Shown piece by piece: positions 31,701 to 37,385 of a stretch of 57,879 nucleotides of DNA; positions within the stretch are counted from its first letter, which is position 1; each line of letters opens with the position of its first letter. The stretch comes from Rhodospirillales bacterium (GTDB taxonomy: Bacteria; Pseudomonadota; Alphaproteobacteria; Rhodospirillales; Magnetospirillaceae): positions 1 through 57,879 of the forward strand of contig JAATGN010000167.1 in NCBI GenBank assembly GCA_015654615.1. The letters run 5' to 3'. Made by a program: the position numbers and the translations under genes. The notes beneath the pieces are model-generated. The model searched no databases and was not told where the DNA came from. It saw only the letters and a program-made list of their open reading frames with translations.

Positions 31701-33209
31701 GGTCAAGGACGACATCTGGATGTCGCTCAACCCTCTGATCGCGGCGGTGGAGAGCGCGGCGATTTCGGTGGTCGTCAGGGCGCCGATCTGATCCGAGGTC
31801 AGCGTTCCCATCTGGATCGCCGTCAGGCCCTTGACCTGGGTGGTGGAGAGCGCCGCCATCTCGGCGGTGGTCAGGCCGCCGATCGCCGTGGTCGACAGCG
31901 CCGCGATCTGCGTCGCGGCCAGGCCGGCCAATTGGGTCGGGGCCAGGGATGACACCTGGGTGTCGGCCAGGCTGGCGATCTGAAGCACCGTCAGCGCGGC
32001 CATTTGGGCGGTCGTCAGGACGGCGATCTCGGTGACGGTCAGCGCGCCGACCTGGGTGACCGTCAGCCCCTTGATCTGGGTGGCGGAGATCGACGCCAGA
32101 TCGACGGCCGTCAGGCTGCCCAGCTGATCGGCGCTCAAGGCGCTCATCTCGGTTGCCGTCAAGCCGAGAAGCTGGATGGTCGTCAGGCTGGCGATCTGCG
32201 TGGTGGTGAGGCCGCTGATCCCGGTGGTGGTGAGGGCGCCCATCTGCGCGGACGTCAGGGCGGCCAGCTGGGTCGCGTTCAAGGCGGCGATCTGCGTGTC
32301 GGTCAGGCCCCTGACCTGCGTGGTGGTCAGCACGGCGATGGCGGTGCCCGACAGGGCTGCCAGCTGATCGGTCGACAGGGCCCGCATTTGGACCGCCGTC
32401 AATCCTCCGAGCTGAAGGGTGGTGAGAACCGCCATCTGCGTCGTCGTCAAGCCGCCGATCTGGGTGGTGGTCAGCGCCGCCAACTGGGTCGGGCTCAGGG
32501 CGCCGAGTTCGGTGACGCTGAGCGAGGCCAGTTCGGCGATGCTCAGGCCCTTGATCTGGGTGGCGTTCAGCGAGGCGAGCTCGGTGGCCGTCAGGGCGTC
32601 GAACTGGTCCGAGGTCAGCGCGCCGATCTGCGCGGACGACAGTCCGCTCAACTGGGTGGTGGTCAAAGCGGTGAGTTGCGTGCCCGCCAGGCTGCCGAGC
32701 TGGGTTTCCGTCAGCGCCTTCAGTTGCGTCGCCGACAAGCCGCCCAACTGGGTGGTGGTCAGGGCCGTCAATTCGGTGGTGCTCAGCCCCTGGATCTGCG
32801 CCGCGCTCAGCGCTCCGATCTGGGTCGGCGACAATGCGGCGAATTGGCTCGGCGTCAGCGCGTCCAATTCGCTTGCGGTCAGGCCCTTGATCTGAAGCGT
32901 CGAAAGGGCGGCGACCTCTTCGGCCCCCAAGGCCTCGACCTGCGCGTCGATGAGAACGGAAAGCTGCGTGGCCTTGAAGGCCATCTGGCTGACGGAAAGC
33001 GCGCCGATCTGCGTCGTCGTCAGCGCCGTCATCTGCGTGGTCGACAGCTGGGAGAGCTGCGTGCCGCTGAGTTCCTCGATCTCGGTGACGGTAAAAGCGC
33101 CGACCTGGTCGGTCGAAAGCGCGGCGATGTCGCTCGCCGTCAGTCCGCGGATGGTGGTCGCCGAAAGTCCGGCGATATCGGCCGGGCTGAGAGATGATAT
33201 GGACGACAC
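22785..33209 (-). CDS. Giant (3,474 aa) Thr/Ala/Leu/Gln octapeptide-repeat protein of unknown function
   Basis: GGAGG RBS before the GTG; uninterrupted ORF; L-[TS]-x-x-[QE]-[ILMV]-x-x repeats with a 576-bp super-period and host-like codon usage. Confidence 0.9.
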   Translation of the reverse strand: MSSISSLSPADIAGLSATTIRGLTASDIAALSTDQVGAFTVTEIEELSGTQLSQLSTTQMTALTTTQIGALSVSQMAFKATQLSVLIDAQVEALGAEEVAALSTLQIKGLTASELDALTPSQFAALSPTQIGALSAAQIQGLSTTELTALTTTQLGGLSATQLKALTETQLGSLAGTQLTALTTTQLSGLSSAQIGALTSDQFDALTATELASLNATQIKGLSIAELASLSVTELGALSPTQLAALTTTQIGGLTTTQMAVLTTLQLGGLTAVQMRALSTDQLAALSGTAIAVLTTTQVRGLTDTQIAALNATQLAALTSAQMGALTTTGISGLTTTQIASLTTIQLLGLTATEMSALSADQLGSLTAVDLASISATQIKGLTVTQVGALTVTEIAVLTTAQMAALTVLQIASLADTQVSSLAPTQLAGLAATQIAALSTTAIGGLTTAEMAALSTTQVKGLTAIQMGTLTSDQIGALTTTEIAALSTAAIRGLSDIQMSSLTADQFAAFTATQLGGLTATGISGLTDTQIAALSPSQLAGLTASEIGALSTDQLGDFSAAELAALTTTQVKGLTATQIAALTLTEIGALATTQIAALSAAQIKNLTDTQVAGLALTQLAALTTTQVAALSITAIGGLTSDEMAAFSTTQIKGLTAAQVGSLTADQVSALTITELQALSTTQIRGLTDAQISALDEIQLSAFSATQLGALSTTGISGLSDTQIDALSTTQLRSLTTTAIGAMSADQLGSLSDSDLAALTTTQISGLSATQIAALTSTEIGNLQTTQIAALTAAQIRNLADTQVAGLALTQLAALTATQMSALTTTAIGGLTGSEMAALSAAQIKGLTPAQVGTLTTDQLSGLTNSGLAAFSAAQVKGLTADQVAALTPDQLAALTMTQISALSTTAIGGLTASELAALTPTQLRGLTTTQIGALTTDQIGTLTTTELATLTSTQIKGVTATQIAALTTDQLGGLTTTQVAALTATQIRSLADTQVGGLTAAQLAALTSTQMGALTTTGLGALTATEIAALTTNQMTGLTAAEIGFLTGDQLAGLTGSELAILNATQVKGLTAAQIGSLSLDQLGSLTATQIGALSTAAIGGLAASQIAALTTTQLRGLTAVELGAMSAAQLGALTGTELGALTATQIKGLTASQVAGLTFTEIGALSATQLAALTAAQVANLTDTQVAALTQAQLAGLSSTQVAALSTTAVGGLTTTEMAALTTTQMKGLTATQIGTLTSDQLGALTTTELSALSMLQVKGLTGAQMAALTATQIAAMTVTQLGNLSSSGIGGMTETQLAALTTTQLRSLTTSEIAALSMDQLGTLSSTNLAALTITQIKGLTATQVAALTATELGSLTNTQLGALTATQIRNLSDTQIAALTTSQLGALTATQVAALTATAVGGLTPDELAALTTTQMAALSASGIGGLTATQMAALSPTQVHSLTAASIAALNADQLGSLTPDQLAALSTTQVKGLTAAEIAALTTTQIDALSTTDMAALSNGQLGALTAAQLAALTPDQLAGLSATQIGAITATAIGGLSSTQVAALSVTQLGGMTAAELGQIGGLTTTVLSALTTTQFSQLTATELAALTTTQIASLTTTALAALTAAQMGKLTDTQIGALTPAQVAVLTAAQVAGLSTTGISGLTTTELAALSTTQLRSLTATGIAALGTSQIAGLTTGELAALTTTQIKGLTATQVAALSPAQLGALAATQIGALSIAGIGGLTQTQLGALTNTQLGGLTATQLAGLTTDQLGGLTSGEIAALSTTQVKSLTVTEIAALSTTQLSGLTTTEVAVLTVTEIKALTDAQTAALTPAQLAALSATQMAALSVTGISGLTGDEIAGLTTTQLKGLTAAQIGSLTTDQLGTLTTSEIAALSTAQLGGLSSTLVAALSTTQLAAMTATQLSALSIIGIDGLSQTQIAALTTNQLSSLTATQLGSLSNDQLGGLTTTGLAALTTTQLRSLTAAEIAALTTTQLNGLSTTAMAALTATQIGALTDTQTAALTPAQLAALSTTQIGALSATGIDGLTTAEIAALSTTQLAGLTATQLGNLTTEQLGALTTTEITALSAAQLRGLSDSQVNALSADQLGALTSTQVGALSTTGIGGLSETQIAALSTTQLDGLAPTQIAALSTDQLGALSTTALVSFSTTQIKSLTTTEIAALTTTQLAGLTTTEIAALTGAEVGALVDTQMAALTPAQLAVLSTTQMAALSATGISGLTTTEITALTTTQIKGLTATGLGSLSTEQLAALTTTQVAQLTTTQLGGMTTTEMGALTADQLGSLKATQMAALSATGISGLNATQIAGLTTTQLTALTATQMAALTADQLSSMSATQIGLLTTTQISGLTASEIAALTTTEIGGLTVNQIAALTTTEIGGLQDTQVAVLSADQLGALTTTQIGALSMTGINGLSAAELAVLTTGQMKALTAAQMQNLTTEQLASLTTTQLGAMTITEIVGLTDTQVAALSPDQLAALTATQIGAMSTTGISGLTDTQMAALTTTQLRGLTVTELAALSTDQLVSLSTTQLTALTTTQISGLTANEIAALTTTQIGALPNTALAALTVTEIGGLADTQIAALGTAQLAALRTTQVAALSSTAIGALTSTQIAALTDTQFHSLTATQIGALTATQLADLTTTELAALTTTEIGGLTDTQISALSTTQFAALAATQMAALSTTAIGGLTSTQIAALTTAQIAALTTTELAALNLDQFGSLLATQIAAFSTTQIAGLTADEVAALTTTEIGGLTTTALGVLTTAEIGGLTAAQTAALSATQIAALKTSQIAALSTTAIQALSATQLAALSSIQLHGLTAIQVGALTTTQVAGLTTAELTALTVTEIGGLTDTQVAALSAGQIDALKATQLAALSATGINGLSVTQIAALSTTELNALSATGLGAFSQTQMAALSTGQLGALTTTQMAALSTTGISGLSETQLASLLTAQIGALSAAGLGGLTDTQVAALTASQLHSLKATQIAALSTTGVGGLTAAQVASLTTTQIAGLTTTELAALSATAIGGLTTVELAALTTTQIQGLTATDLAALSADQLAAVTTTQLAALSATALGGLTDNQMAALTTTQLHALSATQIAALSTTAVSGLTATELAGLTLTQLAGLSATEMAALTSSQIGSLTKTEVAALSATQLAGLTDTQVAALTTTQFAVLTATQMAAFSTTGIGGLTADQIGALTPPPLGGLPAPPLGALTATEVASLTTTEIAALTPAQFSGLSGTGLAALTATEMGGLTTTEIAALSTTGISGLTPTQVAGLSATQFSALTATQIGALSVTAIAGLTNSEIAAMTITQIGGLTGTQMGALTVTEMGALTTGEIAALTVTQLADLVRMQLRALSTSQMQALSATQISSLSTIQVSNLTTTELGALTATQFDALTPDQVGALSTIQLENLIGNLDSNQLSGLTTTQISGLDTTEIGALTPDQIEALNASQIGAFTQTQRDGMTSAQIAAIQIALS

Positions 33210-33276
33210 GACAACACCTCCCCACCAAAACGGTTACTTTTTACAATAAAATTCTACTATAAATAAATATAATGCC

Positions 33277-33292
33277 ATTACATCGATGTAAT
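33277..33292. promoter_or_regulatory. Perfect 16-bp palindrome in the leader of the giant-repeat gene
   Basis: attacatcgatgtaat. Confidence 0.45.
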
Positions 33293-33354
33293 AGCGGTTG
33301 CATTGTTCATCGCATGCATGACGGTCTCGCGGCGTGGATTCCCATGACGGATGT

Positions 33355-33370
33355 AGCAAATTCGAGGCCA
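33355..33370 (-). promoter_or_regulatory. Sigma-54 (-24/-12) promoter for the giant-repeat/GT41 operon
   Basis: Minus strand TGGCCTCGAATTTGCT = GG-N10-GC with TGGC and TTGCW. Confidence 0.65.
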
Positions 33371-33385
33371 TCCTGATTTTGAAAA

Positions 33386-33398
33386 CATCAACACATTG
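33386..33398. promoter_or_regulatory. IHF-like binding site upstream of the sigma-54 promoter
   Basis: cATCAAcacaTTG vs WATCAANNNNTTR, in AT-rich DNA at the position expected for sigma-54 promoters. Confidence 0.5.
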
Positions 33399-33709
33399 AA
33401 ATATAATGACATTTAATGAAGGTATGTCTGGCGGGCAAGGGAGATGCGGCGGCTCTCTCCGCCGATTGCCCGGCAGGATTTGCCCATGCAAGGCGATGTT
33501 GGGCGGTACGACGGCCGAAGACGGCAGCTTTTACCGGTTGGGGGACTCGCTCTCTATAAAGTGCCCGTAAAACAATACCGAGAGCTAAGCCAGATCCCTA
33601 GCCCCACAATTTCGTCACGCAATGTTTTCGGCAATGAACGAGCGTTTGCCAAGACGATAGGCACGGATATCTACGCCTCAAAGGAGGCTATAGAAAATGC
33701 CGCCGAGTC

Positions 33710-34525
33710 TTAAAACAGGCTCGGTTGACGGACCTGCGGCGGATGAAAAGTGCCGATGATGACGAAGGGGTTTTTGGCACGACCGTGCCATTCCCGCGTC
33801 GTTCCGAGGAACAGATGAAGGTCTTTGGTTTTTACGAAGTCGTCGAAATATTTCTCTCGCACTTTCTGGGTAGCTTTTTCTCTCCCTTGATTTTTTTCAC
33901 AGTTCCAATAAAGCTGTCCGATTTCCCAATCTTCAATCATGAGCGTACTTTGCTTCCCTTCGTCATCCTTGAAGCGATACGAGAATTTATAGGGAAGCTT
34001 GGGCATGAGCTTGAAGTCTTCGAGATTTTGATCTTCGAACAGGTTGGCTTGCTTGAAGCTGTCAAGGATTGCATTGACCTTATACTGGGGCCACTCGGGA
34101 TCTGCGTCCTCAACGACGAAGTCGATAATTTCGGCGGGTTTAAAAACGACGAGAGAAAGCTTGTTTGAGTTAGCGAGATCGATGATCTCGCCCAGGTTCG
34201 TGTAGATTTTGTTGTTCCCGAGTATAAGGCGGCGGCGTGCCTCCCAAGCCCGCTCAGTACCCATTGTTTCGAGAAGCTTGATGTTATCCGTATTCCTGAC
34301 GCGGTGGCTTTCCGGCCTCGGGTCACCCCTATTGGGCGTGGTCTCGACTTCGACCCATTGGTATTTTTTATATCGCTGCTCATGATCGAGCAGCCGGAAG
34401 GGGATGGGATAGAGTCGTATCCAAGAGCCATCCTCGCGGAACCCTGCGGTACACGCCAATTCCTTATATTTTTCGGAGAGAGTGGGGTAGGTCTTGACCG
34501 CTATAAGGATACGCTCTTTCGCCAC
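33710..34525 (-). CDS. Uncharacterised DUF488-partner protein (possibly dual-OB-fold-like) with clamp-binding-like motifs
   Basis: KTYPTLS.KY.E.CTAG....G.WIRLYP N-terminus, IEDWE, internal QANLF and terminal QPSLF; GGGAG RBS before GTG 34525. Confidence 0.8.
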   Translation of the reverse strand: MAKERILIAVKTYPTLSEKYKELACTAGFREDGSWIRLYPIPFRLLDHEQRYKKYQWVEVETTPNRGDPRPESHRVRNTDNIKLLETMGTERAWEARRRLILGNNKIYTNLGEIIDLANSNKLSLVVFKPAEIIDFVVEDADPEWPQYKVNAILDSFKQANLFEDQNLEDFKLMPKLPYKFSYRFKDDEGKQSTLMIEDWEIGQLYWNCEKNQGREKATQKVREKYFDDFVKTKDLHLFLGTTREWHGRAKNPFVIIGTFHPPQVRQPSLF

Positions 34526-34542
34526 GTTCACATCTCTCCCGG

Positions 34543-35442
34543 TTAAATGTGCTGGATAATATAGCTCCAATCAGTGCGTGTACTAAGGGCCTTCGCTACA
34601 CGTCCGCGGTGGCACATGCAGGCATGGGCTTCAAAGCAGGTAATAGCCACTCGCTTACGATCTGCGACAATACCGGCAAGCTGATCTAGGGCGGCCTTGT
34701 TCTGGCGAAGTTCGACCTTTTCATAAGAATCAAAGAGGCGGTCGTAGTCCGACTGGGTGTTTAGTTCCTGCCGCTTTTCCGAGGCAATCCCTAATTCGGG
34801 GATATGGACATATTCCATCCCGAGTTTTCTGACAGTCTCCGACAGTGTCTTTTTCGAGAAGCCATATTTTCGGCTCAACGGATTGCGGCGCACATCGACC
34901 AGCGTCCGGACATTATTCTTGATGAGCCGATTGAGATAGCCCTCGAACGAGTCCCCTTCGTACCCGATCGTGAAGAGGCAGGGCTGCGCCGTGGACGAGC
35001 GGCGCGCATCGATCGCGGCGATCTCCTCCGAGGTCATAAGCCGCTCTACGATTTCGCTGTTGATCGCATAGTAGGGGTAGCGCCGGTATAAATCCTGCAC
35101 CAGCTTGTCGCCCTTCAACGCGACATAACGCTTTTGGAATCGGGCATAGAGATCATCTTCAAACAGGTCGGCGCGCCATTTAAAGCCGTCTTGTAAGCGC
35201 CAATCTTCGCTGTCTTGCAGCGCGCCAATTTCTATCAGACGGCGCTTATCAGCGTAGGATTGGAACGAGAAACAGCCGAAGCGGTAAGGAATAAATTCAA
35301 AAGATGGTTTTTTTTCAAATTCTGTAGTAAATAAAAATAGGTATTTCTGAAAATCAATATTGGGCAAGCGTCCGCCAAAGGCTTTGAGTAACCCGAGAAC
35401 TGTCTTTTGACGATAGTTCAGATTCGGAATCGATGTTGACAT
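34543..35442 (-). CDS. DUF488 protein with an N-terminal winged-helix (SocA/YwgA-like) domain
   Basis: FQKYLFL..FEFIPYRFGCFS N-domain; TIGYEG, LVDVRRNPLSRKYGFSK, HIPELG and CFEAHACMCHR. Confidence 0.88.
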   Translation of the reverse strand: MSTSIPNLNYRQKTVLGLLKAFGGRLPNIDFQKYLFLFTTEFEKKPSFEFIPYRFGCFSFQSYADKRRLIEIGALQDSEDWRLQDGFKWRADLFEDDLYARFQKRYVALKGDKLVQDLYRRYPYYAINSEIVERLMTSEEIAAIDARRSSTAQPCLFTIGYEGDSFEGYLNRLIKNNVRTLVDVRRNPLSRKYGFSKKTLSETVRKLGMEYVHIPELGIASEKRQELNTQSDYDRLFDSYEKVELRQNKAALDQLAGIVADRKRVAITCFEAHACMCHRGRVAKALSTRTDWSYIIQHI

Positions 35443-35674
35443 GACTTTTTATACAGGATGTGGATAAACTTTGGAATCCCCAGTCTTAACAAATTGGTCG
35501 GATGGTATGTTTCCGCCGTCCTGCCGGCGGACGCGGACCGCCTGGGGCGAATTTCGGCGCTCAGATTGTGAGAAATTTTTTATAGATTCTTACACATAAC
35601 ACATGAATGCGACAAATTATCTTTGTAAAATAAGATAGTTAGCCAAATACATAACGGACGTAAAAACGGAGCGA

Positions 35675-37291
35675 TTAACTCTTAACGGGCACTAAAGCCG
35701 CCAGATCCTCGCCGGCCAGGACGCGCCTGATCAGGGCGATGGTCTCGGCGACGCCGTAAAGCGCGATGAACGAGCCCATGCGCGGCCCCTGGTCCTGGCC
35801 CAGGAGAATCTCGTAAAGGGCCAGGAACCAGGCGCGCAGGTCGGCGAACACGGCGTGATGCTTGCCGATTTCGTAAACCACCGTCTGGATCGCCTCGGCG
35901 TCGGCTCCGGCCGGCAGGGCGGCCAGTTCGCGCGCCAACTCCTCGAGGGCGGCCCCTTCTTCGGCCGACGGACGGCGGTAGCGCTTGTTCGGTTTGACGA
36001 AGTCCTGGTAATAGGCCACCGCATAATCGACCAGCTTGTCGAGGAAGGGCGCGTTGGCCGGCGTCGCCGCGGGCACGTAGCGGCTGATGAAATGCCACAG
36101 CACGCCACGGTCCTCGGCATGGCAGACCGAGGCCAGGTTCAGCAGAATATTGTAGGACAGGCCGGTCTCCGGCTTGGGCGGATGGCCGTTGTGGATGTGC
36201 CAGGCCGGGTTGTTGAGGCGCTTGACCCCTTCCTCCGCCGGGAATTTTTCCACGAAGGCCAGATATTCGTCGACGGTCCGCGGAATGACGTCGAAATAAA
36301 GCCGCTTGGCCGCCTTCGGCTTCTGGAACATGAACAGCGACAGGCTTTCGGGCGGCGCATAGCGCAGCCAATCCTCGACGGCGAGGCCGTTGCCCTTCGA
36401 CTTCGAGATCTTCTGGCCCTTGTCGTCGAGAAACAGCTCATAGCTCAAATTCATCGGCGGCGTGCCGCCCATGATGCGGCAGATGCGGCTGGCCAACTGA
36501 TAGCTGGGGATCAGGTCCTTGCCCGACATTTCGTAATCGACGTTCAGCACGTACCAGCGCATCGCCCAGTCGGCTTTCCATTGCAGCTTGACGCGCCCGC
36601 CGGTCACCGGCGTCTCCACCAGGCTGCCGTCTTCGTCCTTGTAGACGATGGTGCCGGCGGCGGCATGGCGTTCGACCACCGGAACCTGCAGGACCCGGCC
36701 GGTCTTCGGGCAGACCGGCAGGAAGGGGCTGTAGGTCTGCTGGCGTTCCTCGCCCAGGGTCGGCAGCATGACCGCCATGATGGCGTCGTAATGCTCGAGG
36801 ACCTTGCGGCAGCCGTCGTCGAAGCGGCCGGAGAGGTACCAGTCGGTGGCGCTCTGGAACTCGTATTCGAAACCGAAGGAATCGAGGAAGCCCTGCAGCA
36901 TGGCGTTGTTGTGCTGGCCGAAGGACGGATGGGTGCCGAAGGGGTCGGGGATGTCGGTCAGCGGTTTGCCCAGATGGGCGCGCACCATCTCCTTGTCGGG
37001 GATGTTGTCGGGCACCTTCCTGAGGCCGTCGCGGTCGTCCGAAAAGGCGAACAGGCGTGTCGGAATCTCCGGCGCCAGCAATTCGAAGGCCCGCCGCACC
37101 ATGGTGGTCCGCGCCACTTCGCCGAAGGTGCCGATGTGCGGCAGGCCCGACGGGCCGTAGCCGCTTTCGAACAGCACGTAACCCTTGCCCGGTTTCGCCC
37201 CCTTCAACCGTTGGTCGAGCAGGGCGACGGCTTCCTGGAAGGGCCAGGCGGTGGCGGTGCGGGCGAGGTCGCGAAAGGCAGCGTCGGACAT
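35675..37291 (-). CDS. lysS: Lysine--tRNA ligase, class I
   Basis: GYGPSGLPHIGTFGE, KLQWK.DW, KISKSKGN and GPRMGSF. Confidence 0.96.
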   Translation of the reverse strand: MSDAAFRDLARTATAWPFQEAVALLDQRLKGAKPGKGYVLFESGYGPSGLPHIGTFGEVARTTMVRRAFELLAPEIPTRLFAFSDDRDGLRKVPDNIPDKEMVRAHLGKPLTDIPDPFGTHPSFGQHNNAMLQGFLDSFGFEYEFQSATDWYLSGRFDDGCRKVLEHYDAIMAVMLPTLGEERQQTYSPFLPVCPKTGRVLQVPVVERHAAAGTIVYKDEDGSLVETPVTGGRVKLQWKADWAMRWYVLNVDYEMSGKDLIPSYQLASRICRIMGGTPPMNLSYELFLDDKGQKISKSKGNGLAVEDWLRYAPPESLSLFMFQKPKAAKRLYFDVIPRTVDEYLAFVEKFPAEEGVKRLNNPAWHIHNGHPPKPETGLSYNILLNLASVCHAEDRGVLWHFISRYVPAATPANAPFLDKLVDYAVAYYQDFVKPNKRYRRPSAEEGAALEELARELAALPAGADAEAIQTVVYEIGKHHAVFADLRAWFLALYEILLGQDQGPRMGSFIALYGVAETIALIRRVLAGEDLAALVPVKS

Positions 37292-37385
37292 GGTCTCTAT
37301 TCACAGTCGAGTTTGGAGAAGCTGGGAAACCTAGCACCGGTCGTCAGGGATGACGACCGGATTCTCAATCCCTATACTGCCGCCC

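Larger units (their letters stand above)
33561..35692. mobile_element. Non-autonomous 2,132-bp transposon-like element inserted in the 3' end of lysS
   Basis: Ends GTGCCCGTAAA / TTAACGGGCAC (10 of 11 inverted); TAAA direct repeats at 33557-33560 and 35693-35696; visibly lower GC; no transposase. Confidence 0.8.

Noticed and set aside
22785-33209. Ice-nucleation protein, CRISPR array or RTX adhesin interpretation of the 24-bp periodicity
   Set aside because: No AGYGSTxT/TxT motifs, no identical repeats with unique spacers or cas genes, and no GGxGxD nonamers
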